A stretch of 64,000 nt of DNA, from IMG/VR virus record IMGVR_UViG_3300021387_000147; one strand, given 5' to 3'. The position numbers and the translations under genes are program-made. Below, piece after piece: positions 1-9,350 of this stretch (position 1 is its first letter; every line of letters begins with the position of its first letter). The DNA comes from a virus. Lineage: Duplodnaviria; Caudoviricetes. The notes beneath the pieces were generated by a model. That model made no database searches. It was not told the origin of the DNA and saw nothing but the letters and a program-made list of their open reading frames with translations.

Positions 1-2
1 AG

Positions 3-203
3 AAAATTCATAAGTCTAGATTTAATAAATCAGATGATTTAATTGGGAAAAACATAGTAAAGTATGTTTACAAAACAAATAATTTAACTTATTATTTAAC
101 CATAGAAAATGAAAAGACTTATATTCGTTGTTTTTCTGATTATCAGGAAATAACATTTGAGGATTTTCTTAAGAAGTTAAGTTATTTAGAATGTGAGGTT
201 TAA
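3..203 (+). CDS. Partial hypothetical protein (5' truncated by window)
   Basis: Open frame 3..203 ending TAA that overlaps the ATG of the next gene (TAATG). Confidence 0.55.
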   Translation, partial: KIHKSRFNKSDDLIGKNIVKYVYKTNNLTYYLTIENEKTYIRCFSDYQEITFEDFLKKLSYLECEV

Positions 204-1246
204 TGAAAATTGCGGTGATAGGGGACGCACACTTTGGTATTAAGAAAAGTGACAAAACGTTCTTACAGAGTCAATTGAGATTTTTTGAAGACCAATTAGT
301 CCCTGAATTAAAAAGTAGAAATATAAAGAATTTATTTGTATTAGGTGATGTGTTTGATACACGTCAATCTGTTAATGTTCAAACTGATAATATCGTATTA
401 AAGTTATTCAAGGAAACATTAAAGGATTTTACTTGTCAGATTATTGTAGGTAATCATGACATTTATCATACAACTACTACTGAAGTAAACTCATTAAAGA
501 TGATTGATTTGCTTCCTAATTGTCATGTATATGAAAATCCAAAGAAACTTATCATTGATGGTAAGAAATGTTTAATGCTTCCTTGGATGACTGACTATAA
601 TCAATTTGATGAGATTGTAGCAGAAGACTTCGATTATTGTTTCTGTCATGCTGATATTATTGGATTTGATATGGGTGGTGGAAGATTAAGTGATGCTGGT
701 GTTCCTGCATCAAAGTTTACAGCTAAAATCAAGCATACTTATTCAGGTCACTATCATAAACGTTATACAAAAGAATATCTAGATGGAACTTCAATCAATT
801 ATATTGGTAGTCCATATCAGTTAACTCGTATTGATAGATATGAACCTAGAGGCATTACAATCATTGATATGAAGACTGATGAAGTTGAATTTGTAGAAAA
901 TGTAAAATCAATTCGCTTCATTAAGTTCATTTATCCAGAAATCAATAAAGATGTGATTACTGGTAATGTTATTGATATTGATGTTCCTTATGATTTGTCT
1001 ACTGAAACAAAGAAAATTTATAATTTGTTAGTAGAACTTGAAAAGAAAGTTCCAGCGTATCCAATCAATTTGAATATCATGCCAAAGGATGTTTCTTATG
1101 GTGATATTAAGATTGAAAGTGGTGATTTTAATTTGTTATCATTATTCAAAGGATATATTGACCAATTGGAAACAAAGGTTGATAAGAAAGAATTGTATGA
1201 TGGTTTTATGGAATTGTTTAACATGTATAAGGATGACGAAAAATGA
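203..1246 (+). CDS. gp47: Recombination endonuclease subunit, T4 gp47/Mre11/SbcD-like metallophosphoesterase
   Basis: GDAHFG, LGDVFD, GNHD, SGHYH, YIGSPYQL motifs. Confidence 0.9.
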   Translation: MKIAVIGDAHFGIKKSDKTFLQSQLRFFEDQLVPELKSRNIKNLFVLGDVFDTRQSVNVQTDNIVLKLFKETLKDFTCQIIVGNHDIYHTTTTEVNSLKMIDLLPNCHVYENPKKLIIDGKKCLMLPWMTDYNQFDEIVAEDFDYCFCHADIIGFDMGGGRLSDAGVPASKFTAKIKHTYSGHYHKRYTKEYLDGTSINYIGSPYQLTRIDRYEPRGITIIDMKTDEVEFVENVKSIRFIKFIYPEINKDVITGNVIDIDVPYDLSTETKKIYNLLVELEKKVPAYPINLNIMPKDVSYGDIKIESGDFNLLSLFKGYIDQLETKVDKKELYDGFMELFNMYKDDEK

Positions 1247-1992
1247 TTAAGGATTTTAAATTAAAAGAAGACTTCAATATTAAGCCACAGATTTTTGACA
1301 ATAATGATATTATCAAAATTCAGGTTTGTGACCCAATTGCAAAACTATATAAGAAAGGTATTAAGGTTGGTAATACATGGGAAATGATTGACGTTGATTT
1401 GAGACTATCTCCATTTCAGCCATATCTACATATTTTCCGTGATATGCCAATGAATTATCTTGAAAAAGAACATAAATGGTATATGTCTCAGGATTTGTCT
1501 ATCAAGGGTTGGATGGATGATATTAAGATTTGGCAGTTCTGTGCATCAAAGGATGATAAGCAGGAAATCAACTCTAATTATGGATGGTGTGTATTCTCAG
1601 AAGCAAATGGTAATCAATATGAAAATTGTTTGAAGAAGCTACAAGCTGACCAAAATTCTAGAGAAGCAATGTTGATTTATACACGTCCATCAATTCATCA
1701 TGATGCAGTTGAAAATGGAAAGCATGACTTTATCTGTACAAACTATTCTCATTTCTTTATTAGAAATAATAGATTAGAGATGATTCATTCTCAGAGATCA
1801 TGTGACGCTATAACTGGAGCTCCATTTGATTTTGCATGGTCTTCATTTGTATATCAGATGTTGTATGAAGAATTACGTCACACATATCCTGATTTACAGC
1901 CAGGTTTAATTCATTATCATATTGATAGTTTACACGTTTATGAACGTTCAGAAAAACTATTACAGCAATATGTAGCAGAAAATCATATTTAG
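1243..1992 (+). CDS. Thymidylate synthase-fold dCMP hydroxymethylase-like enzyme (T4 gp42-like)
   Basis: INSNYGW, SR..IYTRPS, DFICT (catalytic Cys), RSCD, PFDFAW (Asp at the substrate-specificity position), SLHVYER. Confidence 0.8.
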   Translation: MIKDFKLKEDFNIKPQIFDNNDIIKIQVCDPIAKLYKKGIKVGNTWEMIDVDLRLSPFQPYLHIFRDMPMNYLEKEHKWYMSQDLSIKGWMDDIKIWQFCASKDDKQEINSNYGWCVFSEANGNQYENCLKKLQADQNSREAMLIYTRPSIHHDAVENGKHDFICTNYSHFFIRNNRLEMIHSQRSCDAITGAPFDFAWSSFVYQMLYEELRHTYPDLQPGLIHYHIDSLHVYERSEKLLQQYVAENHI

Positions 1993-2001
1993 GAGAAAAT
2001 T

Positions 2002-2193
2002 ATGTTAAAGACTTATCTTAAATGGACATTTGGACTAGTTCTTGCATTCAGTATAATTGCAGCAATTTCTCCAATTATAGCATACGTTGCATTTTTTCTA
2101 TCACTCCTTGGATTTGGAGTCTTTATGATTTATAAGGATAACAATCCACGAGAGGGAGAATGTTCACCGATTTTTAAAGACACATCTAAATAA
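2002..2193 (+). CDS. Small membrane protein
   Basis: SD AGGAG, two hydrophobic segments. Confidence 0.6.
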   Translation: MLKTYLKWTFGLVLAFSIIAAISPIIAYVAFFLSLLGFGVFMIYKDNNPREGECSPIFKDTSK

Positions 2194-2196
2194 CAT

Positions 2197-2233
2197 AAAG
2201 AGAGTTTTATAACTCTCTTTTCTTTTATAAATA
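2197..2233 (+). promoter_or_regulatory. Intrinsic terminator followed by T4-type late promoter TATAAATA (2226-2233)
   Basis: Hairpin AAAGAGAGTT/AACTCTCTTT plus T-tract; exact gp55 late consensus. Confidence 0.75.
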
Positions 2234-2265
2234 GAATAAAGATATTAACTATTTAGGAGAATAAG

Positions 2266-3759
2266 ATGAGATTTATAGATTTTATTAATGAAGCATCAGT
2301 ACGTGAATCTAATCTTGCAAGTGCATCAAGAAAAGTAGCACAATTCATTGGTAGAAAGATTGGTTCAGATTTTAAGGAAATTAATGGTGAAACATATAAG
2401 AATGCAGATGGTGTATTCTTTGGTATTTTGTATGTATCAGATAATAATGATGCATTGAGAGTTAACTGGGATGGAAATAAATTCCATTCAATTAACTATT
2501 GGGATGATTATGCAGGAAGTGCTAATCAACCATCAAAAGAAATTAAGACTGCAGATATTGGTCCAAATGATGCATCATTCGTTCAGTTATTGCCAGAAAT
2601 TATTAGAGCAATTACAACAGAATCAGAAACATCTGATGAAATATATGAATCTTTTATTGTAGAAAAAGCAATTAAGTATGAAGATAATGAATGGGCATCT
2701 CCAGCAGATTTTATTAAGGATGTTGCATCAGATTGGACAGTTGACCAAATTCAATCTGTATTGAAACAGAATGGTAATACTTATAATAAAAAACAAATTC
2801 AAGCAAAGGTTGACCAAGTATTAGGAGTTGAATCTGAACCTGAAGAACCTAAGAAGAAAGGTGGTAAGAAGGTTGTAGTTGAACCAGGTAAACCAGAAAA
2901 AGTTGCACCACCAGAATGTGTAAAGAAAGCAAATGAAACATTAGCAAAGACAAAGTATTCTGATCCAGATGTTGTATTTGAAAATTTGAATGAATATACA
3001 CAGATGGTTGCAACAGGTTATTCTCCAGCATTATTGATTACTGGTCAAGGTGGTATTGGTAAGTCATATAACGTAAATCAAGTTTTGGCTAAGTATGGTA
3101 CAAAGGGTGAAGATTACGTTATCATGAAGGGTAAGTGTACACCTATTAAGATGTATAAGTTCTTATATACACACTATAATCAAATTTGTGTATTCGATGA
3201 CTGTGACTCAGTATTCGATAGTAAAGATGGTATTAACATTTTGAAGGGTGTTTTGGATTCTGGTGAAAACAGAGAAGTTTCATGGGATAACGCAAACACA
3301 GTCGATACATTTGGTATGACTAGACAAGAAATTGAAACTACTTTGGCAACAGCAGTTGCATCAGGTGTCAAGAATCCTATTCCAAGTTATTTCGAATTCA
3401 ATGGTGCAGTAATTTTCATTTCAAACTTAACTTATGATGACATTTATAAGAAGGATAGAGCATTGCCAACAAGATGTTTGACAATTGATATTAATTTGAA
3501 AGCAGAAGATGTAATCAATAGAATTAAGACATGTTTGCCAAGTATTAAGATTTATAAGGCTCTTGCAAAGAACGGAGAAAATAAGGATATTACAGACGAA
3601 GCTATTAAGAAAGAAGTCTTTGATTTCATGGTTTCTGATGAATATAAACAAATTTTGGGTGGTATGGAAAAAGAATTGAATTTCCGTACTTACATCAAGA
3701 TTTATCAACTACGTCACGCAGGTCTTGAACACTGGAAACGTTTGGCTGCAGCATGTTAA
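2266..3759 (+). CDS. AAA+ ATPase with N-terminal capsid-targeting-like leader (late gene)
   Basis: Walker A GQGGIGKS, Walker B VFDDCD, FISN sensor-1; N-term MRFIDFINE. Confidence 0.75.
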   Translation: MRFIDFINEASVRESNLASASRKVAQFIGRKIGSDFKEINGETYKNADGVFFGILYVSDNNDALRVNWDGNKFHSINYWDDYAGSANQPSKEIKTADIGPNDASFVQLLPEIIRAITTESETSDEIYESFIVEKAIKYEDNEWASPADFIKDVASDWTVDQIQSVLKQNGNTYNKKQIQAKVDQVLGVESEPEEPKKKGGKKVVVEPGKPEKVAPPECVKKANETLAKTKYSDPDVVFENLNEYTQMVATGYSPALLITGQGGIGKSYNVNQVLAKYGTKGEDYVIMKGKCTPIKMYKFLYTHYNQICVFDDCDSVFDSKDGINILKGVLDSGENREVSWDNANTVDTFGMTRQEIETTLATAVASGVKNPIPSYFEFNGAVIFISNLTYDDIYKKDRALPTRCLTIDINLKAEDVINRIKTCLPSIKIYKALAKNGENKDITDEAIKKEVFDFMVSDEYKQILGGMEKELNFRTYIKIYQLRHAGLEHWKRLAAAC

Positions 3760-3777
3760 AAAATTAGAATCATTTTT

Positions 3778-3817
3778 ATAACAGAGGGGTTTACAAACCT
3801 CTCTGTTTTATTATATT
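3778..3817 (+). promoter_or_regulatory. Terminator hairpin fused with early promoter (GTTTACA ... TATATT)
   Basis: ACAGAGGGG/CCTCTCTGT stem with -35 in the loop; -10 at 3812-3817. Confidence 0.7.
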
Positions 3818-3856
3818 TGTACTTGTAAACGTTGAACATATAACAAGGAGTGAAGA

Positions 3857-4060
3857 ATGAACGTTTATCGCGTAACTAGTTATCATTGTGATGAAAACGG
3901 TAAGCCATTTGGAGAACCATTTCAGCATATCGTATATACCGATGAATTGATGGAAACATACAAGAATAAAAAGTATGTTGAAAAGATTGATGTTTTCGTT
4001 CGTAAGGCCGGTTGGAAGCCAATTTGGACTAAGGACGGAAAGGTTGATGAATTAGATTAG
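3857..4060 (+). CDS. Hypothetical protein (early)
   Basis: SD AAGGAG, upstream early promoter. Confidence 0.65.
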   Translation: MNVYRVTSYHCDENGKPFGEPFQHIVYTDELMETYKNKKYVEKIDVFVRKAGWKPIWTKDGKVDELD

Positions 4061-4061
4061 T

Positions 4062-4195
4062 TATAAATAAGTTAAGCTTGTACCTCTATTGTTGATTTGA
4101 GTTAAATAAAGTTTATTAAGTTTGTACTAGAGGTTTTAACTTTATTTTCGAAGACAATAGAAAAACTATTGTCTTCTTTTTTATTAGGAGAAAAA
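4062..4195 (+). ncRNA. Candidate late small RNA or structured leader upstream of the groES pair
   Basis: TATAAATA 4062-4069; long stem GTTAA..ACCTCTA/TAGAGGT..TTAAC; hairpin GAAGACAATAG/CTATTGTCTTC plus T6; no ORF. Confidence 0.4.
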
Positions 4196-4510
4196 ATGAA
4201 ACTAACTGATGATAAAATTATTGTGAAGAAATGTTCAAATAAGACTGCTGGCGGTATTTTCGTAGCAGACATTGGACAGAAGATTGGAAACTCACTTTGT
4301 GAAGTCCTACATGTTGGACCAGGTCGTTATAATCCATATACCGGAAAATATATTGAACCTGAAGTAAAAGTTGGTGATCGAGTATTGATTAACAACTCTG
4401 TATTAGCAAAAATCAATTTGCGTTATAATGGTGAAAAACCTGCTGAAGATGAATATCTAGTTGCTGCACAGGATTGTCGTATAATTCTAGAAGATGGAGA
4501 AACAGTCTAA
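4196..4510 (+). CDS. groES: GroES/Cpn10-like co-chaperonin (gp31-like), copy 1; start corrected to 4196
   Basis: DKIIV..TAGGIFV, VLHVGPG, EVKVGDRVL; SD AGGAG before 4196. Confidence 0.8.
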   Translation: MKLTDDKIIVKKCSNKTAGGIFVADIGQKIGNSLCEVLHVGPGRYNPYTGKYIEPEVKVGDRVLINNSVLAKINLRYNGEKPAEDEYLVAAQDCRIILEDGETV

Positions 4511-4815
4511 TGAGAGTACAAGGCGCAAACGTTTTAGTTAAGAAGATTAACGACAAAGTAGCAGGAAGCATTTTCATTCCATCATTTGGTAATATGGGAT
4601 ATTGTTATTGTGAAGTAGTTGCAGTCGGTAAAGGTGCATACTTTATGCCAAATGATAAGTTAATTCCATTACAAATTAAAGTTGGTGATAGAACATTGAT
4701 TAACCAAGGTGTAATGGAAGAATATGAAATTGTTAAAGATGGTGAAAAGCAGACTTATTACTGGGTACCTGGTGTAGAATGCACAATGGTCCTAGATGAT
4801 ACTGAAGGCATTTAA
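4510..4815 (+). CDS. groES: GroES/Cpn10-like co-chaperonin, copy 2; start corrected to 4510
   Basis: GSIFIP, EVVAVGKG, IKVGDR; TAATG coupling. Confidence 0.8.
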   Translation: MRVQGANVLVKKINDKVAGSIFIPSFGNMGYCYCEVVAVGKGAYFMPNDKLIPLQIKVGDRTLINQGVMEEYEIVKDGEKQTYYWVPGVECTMVLDDTEGI

Positions 4816-5153
4816 TGAAAGTTTTTTCAATATTTAAAAATAAAAAGATAATTGCTGGCATTGCAGCCGCAATTGTCTTTTCTCTTGTTTTAATCGGTTT
4901 TGGAGTTTATGGAGTTGCAGCACAGAAACTTCTATTTACCGTATTGAAAACAGTTGGTCCAATTGTTGGTATAGCATTTGGATATTTTTTATGCGTATTT
5001 TTACCATTCAGAATTGCTGAAGCTCTAAGAATTCGTAGAGAAAAAGATGAAGAAGCACGTAAGAATGATAAAATTCAAAAACAAATACAACTAAAGAAAG
5101 ACTTAGAACATAAGATTCTAGAAACACTAAATAAGAAGGAAACTACACTATGA
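4815..5153 (+). CDS. Membrane protein (2 TM plus basic coiled tail; possibly holin-like)
   Basis: Two hydrophobic segments, charged C-terminus. Confidence 0.55.
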   Translation: MKVFSIFKNKKIIAGIAAAIVFSLVLIGFGVYGVAAQKLLFTVLKTVGPIVGIAFGYFLCVFLPFRIAEALRIRREKDEEARKNDKIQKQIQLKKDLEHKILETLNKKETTL

Positions 5154-5593
5154 GTGAACAATTTGATCCAGTGAATAAACCAAAACAGTATAACAAAAAT
5201 AAGTGTGGTATTCAGACTATTGAAGTCACACGTTATCTTGGATGTGATTTAGGAAATGCATGGAAGTATATGTCAAGATACATGTTTAAAAAGAAGCCAA
5301 AAGAAGATTTGGAAAAGGCAGTTTGGTATCTTGAAGATTTTACATACAATTTCTTAGATCAAAAAAATTGGACTTTGATTCCAGAATTTCCATTCCATGT
5401 TCCAACATTAGTAAAAGAATATATGCAGAAATTCATTGACTTTGAGGAACGTCCAGAAGTTCAGAGAATGTTCAAGCATATTTTGTCAATTATAAATAAT
5501 GAAGGCATAATCGATAAGGAATTATTTGATTATGATTTAAATAATCTATATTTGTATGCTCAAACATTAGAAGGCATAGAAATTGTAGACTAA
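5150..5593 (+). CDS. DUF3310 (SaV-like) protein
   Basis: DPVNKPKQY..IEV..LGNAWKY..R..K...EDLEKAVWYL. Confidence 0.8.
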   Translation: MSEQFDPVNKPKQYNKNKCGIQTIEVTRYLGCDLGNAWKYMSRYMFKKKPKEDLEKAVWYLEDFTYNFLDQKNWTLIPEFPFHVPTLVKEYMQKFIDFEERPEVQRMFKHILSIINNEGIIDKELFDYDLNNLYLYAQTLEGIEIVD

Positions 5594-5657
5594 TTTTTCG
5601 TAAATAACTATTTACAAAAATAACTATTTTTATTATATTACTAAAAGGAGAACTTAT

Positions 5658-6251
5658 ATGGAAATAACTAACGTATCTGTAATGCCATTAAAGAATGGAA
5701 AATTTGACTGTTTAGCAATTTGTCAATTTACTATTGATAATGCATTTATCATAACAGGACTAAAACTTTATAAGAAAAATGAAAAGTTTTATGTCGTATT
5801 TCCTAAGAATATTCATAACAAGAAAGCAATGAAGTATTGTCATCCAGTAAGTGATGGAGTATATCAGAATGTATTAAATGCTATCTTGACTGAATATCAA
5901 TCCATGAAAGAAGCTAATATCAATAACCCAGAAAACATGGTGCAGGAAGATGAATTCTATAAGAAGACTTTCGGTGAATCTGCATTTGGTCAATTTGGTA
6001 AGGTATTAGAACAAGTCGAAGATATGAAGACTGCTGCAAGAATTTGTAATCATGACGAACAGCAAATGTCTAATTTTAAAGAAATGTTTAATCAATTAGA
6101 TGCATTTGAAGAAATGATGAATAAAGATCAAGAAGCAGGCGAAAATAAGTATAAGGAATACTTAGAAAAACAGCGTGATTTATTGAATAAAGCCGCACAA
6201 GCCGCAAACGAAAGAATGAAGGCAAGAAATAATGGCGAAGAAAAAGCATAA
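5658..6251 (+). CDS. spoVG: SpoVG-family nucleic-acid-binding protein with C-terminal helical extension
   Basis: MEITNVSV..LAIC.FTIDNAFII.GLKL...FYVVFP...YCHPV. Confidence 0.75.
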   Translation: MEITNVSVMPLKNGKFDCLAICQFTIDNAFIITGLKLYKKNEKFYVVFPKNIHNKKAMKYCHPVSDGVYQNVLNAILTEYQSMKEANINNPENMVQEDEFYKKTFGESAFGQFGKVLEQVEDMKTAARICNHDEQQMSNFKEMFNQLDAFEEMMNKDQEAGENKYKEYLEKQRDLLNKAAQAANERMKARNNGEEKA

Positions 6252-6540
6252 TTGGAAATCACCAAACTTCGATAAAATCAATGTTTCAAAGTTAGATGAA
6301 AAACAAACAATGCTGGAAATTTTAAATGACCCTAATAAGATGCAAGCAGTATTGGAATTAGGTCGAACAGCAATGAATTTGGAAATGAATCTACAAGAAA
6401 CTACTTCATTGGAAGATTGGACAGAAAAGGTATTGTTGTTATTACCACATAATTTTACAGATAAAGAAAATTTTAGTGACAAACTTAGGGAATTTGTAAA
6501 TGATTATAGAAGTAAACAACAAGCAAGTGACAACACATAA
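6232..6540 (+). CDS. Hypothetical protein
   Basis: ORF in operon. Confidence 0.55.
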   Translation: MAKKKHNWKSPNFDKINVSKLDEKQTMLEILNDPNKMQAVLELGRTAMNLEMNLQETTSLEDWTEKVLLLLPHNFTDKENFSDKLREFVNDYRSKQQASDNT

Positions 6541-6721
6541 CGCAGCAAAAATGGTTTTTGCATCAGTCATTGAAGACGTATACATGAATTTTAATGAATA
6601 TGCAAGAATGTTTATCAAGAATTTTAGTGACTTGAACGAAGAAGAAATCAGAGAGCTTTTTGAAAAGAGAGAAAAGGTCTATGATTCAATCAATAAAATC
6701 TTAAATAAAGAGAAGATGTAA
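6500..6721 (+). CDS. Hypothetical protein
   Basis: ORF in operon. Confidence 0.55.
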   Translation: MIIEVNNKQVTTHNAAKMVFASVIEDVYMNFNEYARMFIKNFSDLNEEEIRELFEKREKVYDSINKILNKEKM

Positions 6722-7011
6722 TGATTAAGTTTGAAGTAAATAAAACATATCATGATAAAAACAATAATTCATATACAGTATTAAACAGAACTGAAGATAC
6801 TATTGAATGTAGATTTAATCGTGTAATCAAGAAATATCATGTAGTGAAGTATTGTAATATTGAAGCTGTTATTCAGTATGGATCACCATTAATTATGGCT
6901 GATAAAATCCATTACCAATTTGATAATGAAATTGATGGAAGCGGTATTAAGCGTAAACAAATTAATAAAGAGAGAATGGGATATATAGATGTCATTAGAA
7001 GAAGAATCTGA
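6721..7011 (+). CDS. Hypothetical protein
   Basis: ORF in operon, coupled start. Confidence 0.55.
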   Translation: MIKFEVNKTYHDKNNNSYTVLNRTEDTIECRFNRVIKKYHVVKYCNIEAVIQYGSPLIMADKIHYQFDNEIDGSGIKRKQINKERMGYIDVIRRRI

Positions 7012-7654
7012 AGTAGAAGTACCAACTCAAGAAACAGAACAGGCACCAGAACAAGATGAAGGTGGACAGACTGTAGATTTGGGTAATATGGGTAATTATT
7101 TTGAACAAGTAAGACAAAATTACTTTGAAATCAAAAGAACAATGTGGGTAGTAGGTACCATTGATTGGGATATTGCTATTCGTATTATTCAGAGATTGTC
7201 TTTCTATAGAACACAAACAGATTGTAAAGACCCTATCACAATTTATTTGTCATCACCAGGTGGTGGATGTGAAGCAGGTTTTGCAGTCGTAGATGCAATT
7301 GAAGAAATCAAAAAATTTGGTGTGCAAGTCAACACAGTTTGTTGTGGATCATGTTCATCAATGGCGTCAGTAATTTTGGCAAGTGGTACAAAGGGTTGTA
7401 GATATGCATTCCCATCATCACGTATCATGGTCCATCAGGCAGGAATTGATTTGTTTGGTGGTAAGCTAAAAGATATTGAAATTGTCCATAGAGAAGTTCA
7501 GAATTGGACAGACGCTATGAATAAGATTTTCAAGAAACAGACAGGAAAGAATCTTGAAGAACTTAAGAAAATGATTGAATATGATAATTATATGTCAGCA
7601 AATGAAGCCAAGAAAATCGGTCTAATTGACAAAGTGCAAACCAAATTAATATAA
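6989..7654 (+). CDS. clpP: ClpP-like protease subunit
   Basis: IYLSSPGG, CSSMASVIL (Ser), RIMVHQ (His), YDNYMSANEA..GLID (Asp). Confidence 0.9.
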   Translation: MSLEEESEVEVPTQETEQAPEQDEGGQTVDLGNMGNYFEQVRQNYFEIKRTMWVVGTIDWDIAIRIIQRLSFYRTQTDCKDPITIYLSSPGGGCEAGFAVVDAIEEIKKFGVQVNTVCCGSCSSMASVILASGTKGCRYAFPSSRIMVHQAGIDLFGGKLKDIEIVHREVQNWTDAMNKIFKKQTGKNLEELKKMIEYDNYMSANEAKKIGLIDKVQTKLI

Positions 7655-7661
7655 ATAGACT

Positions 7662-8462
7662 ATGATTAAAAAGGTAACTATGAGCAATATTAATTCAAAA
7701 GATCATCAAGACTTTTATGACTTTATACATGGAAAGAAGACTGAAACACAGCCTTCTATCCATACTGCACAGGAATATGATTTGCCTCCTGTGAAACCAC
7801 GTCCACGTCCAATACAAAAGAAATATCCTTTGTATGAAGATGATGAAACATATCGTCATCCAGCAGTAAGACAAGCTCCACCAAAGCCTGTTGAACCTCC
7901 TAAACCAAAGATGCCACGTCAGTTGACAGAAGCATATTCTTTGATTGAAGATATGAAGGTTAAGATGGAAGATATTTTCTATCGTTATGGTATGATTGGA
8001 TTGGAAAGATTAGACGAAGCTTTGGAAGATGTAATTGACGAAATTATGAATCCAGAACCAGTTGTAATTGAACGTCCAGTTCCAGCACCACAACCAGAAA
8101 AGCCAGTTGTCAAGAAACGTAAGAGACGTGTAGTAAGAAAGCCAATTCAGACACAGACAAATGAAGCAACAGAAGATGTTGAACCTGATGAAGTTTTGGT
8201 AGATCCACGTAAGTCATTAAATGATTTGGATATTAATGATTTAGGTGCAATTCTTGGTAAAGAAACAAAGGAATATAAGACAGAATCACAGAAGAAAACT
8301 GAACAGTTATTGAATGCTTACAGTAATGAAATGGAAGCTGAAGAACAAAAAGCAAATGAAGCTAGAGAAGCTGCAGAAGCAGCAGAAATTCAGCAACCAG
8401 AAGATATTCCTGACGAACCTCTAGAAGTTATTGGTGAAAATGAAGAAGAAACAGCAGAATAA
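7662..8462 (+). CDS. Pro/Glu-rich hypothetical late protein
   Basis: TATAAATA at 7650-7657 directly upstream. Confidence 0.6.
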   Translation: MIKKVTMSNINSKDHQDFYDFIHGKKTETQPSIHTAQEYDLPPVKPRPRPIQKKYPLYEDDETYRHPAVRQAPPKPVEPPKPKMPRQLTEAYSLIEDMKVKMEDIFYRYGMIGLERLDEALEDVIDEIMNPEPVVIERPVPAPQPEKPVVKKRKRRVVRKPIQTQTNEATEDVEPDEVLVDPRKSLNDLDINDLGAILGKETKEYKTESQKKTEQLLNAYSNEMEAEEQKANEAREAAEAAEIQQPEDIPDEPLEVIGENEEETAE

Positions 8463-8706
8463 CTTAAAAGAGAAATTACCAAAGAATAAGGTTCTTGTAG
8501 ATGGCACTGTCTTAGAGGCATTGCCAAATGCAATGTTCAGAGTTATGCTAGACAATAACAACATAGTTTTATGTACAGTTTCTGGTAATATGAGACGTCA
8601 TTTGATTAGAGTATTGCCTGATGACAGAGTACAAATTGGTGTAGAAACATACGATTTATCAAGAGGAATTATCTATTATCGTTATGATAATTCACGAAAG
8701 ATATAA
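8431..8706 (+). CDS. infA: Translation initiation factor IF-1 homologue
   Basis: VDGTVLEALPNAMFRVMLDN..VLCTVSGNMR...IRVLPDDRV...YDLSRG.I.YR. Confidence 0.9.
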   Translation: MVKMKKKQQNNLKEKLPKNKVLVDGTVLEALPNAMFRVMLDNNNIVLCTVSGNMRRHLIRVLPDDRVQIGVETYDLSRGIIYYRYDNSRKI

Positions 8707-8713
8707 ATAAAGT

Positions 8714-8944
8714 ATGAGAGAATATCATAGATTACATCCGAAAGAAATTGATTGGTATGATTTACAGGAGAACAATCCTGAATTATACGATTTAATTTAT
8801 GGAAGTGTAAATAAATGGAAAGAATTTGAACAATTACCTGATTTATCGATGATACCTATGGAATATCAGCACATGATACCAGAAAATATCAGAAAGAATG
8901 AAGAAGATAATAGAGTTCAACATATCATGTTAACAAAATGGTAA
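8714..8944 (+). CDS. Hypothetical late protein
   Basis: TATAAATA 8702-8709 upstream. Confidence 0.55.
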   Translation: MREYHRLHPKEIDWYDLQENNPELYDLIYGSVNKWKEFEQLPDLSMIPMEYQHMIPENIRKNEEDNRVQHIMLTKW

Positions 8945-8981
8945 AACTAAATAACAACTAAGTGAAATAGAGGTAAATAAT

Positions 8982-9251
8982 ATGCAAACAATGTCAACTA
9001 TCGATCAGACTGGTGCAGTAGAAGCAGAAGACGTTTTGGTTAATCAGCTACGTGCTATTAAGTCATTCCCTAACCGTGCTCGTAAGGAACTATCCGCATG
9101 CGCAGTACCACAGGTAAAGGAACCAAAGGAAGAAGCAGAAAAGGCTGCATTCAAGAAAGGATATGAAGCAGGAGAACTCGCAGGTAAGAAAGCAGGTTAT
9201 CTAGAAGCTTTGCAAAATCTAGAAATTTTTATTAAGAAGTTGAATGCTTAA
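8982..9251 (+). CDS. Hypothetical protein with GxxxG helical repeats
   Basis: KKGYEAGELAGKKAGY; SD GAGG. Confidence 0.6.
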   Translation: MQTMSTIDQTGAVEAEDVLVNQLRAIKSFPNRARKELSACAVPQVKEPKEEAEKAAFKKGYEAGELAGKKAGYLEALQNLEIFIKKLNA

Positions 9252-9272
9252 TTAAAATTTTTTATTATATTT

Positions 9273-9304
9273 TATCATGCCTGAATAAGGCATGATATTT
9301 TTTT
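9273..9304 (+). terminator. Intrinsic terminator
   Basis: TATCATGCCT/AGGCATGATA plus T7. Confidence 0.7.
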
Positions 9305-9350
9305 ATGAACATAAAATCCGTATAATACAGCGAGTTGAAGGAAAAATAAT

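Noticed and set aside
4067-4144. Y RNA partner for the TROVE/Ro-like protein
   Set aside because: Lacks the conserved GGUCCGA/UUGACC Ro-binding helix and lies far from the gene.
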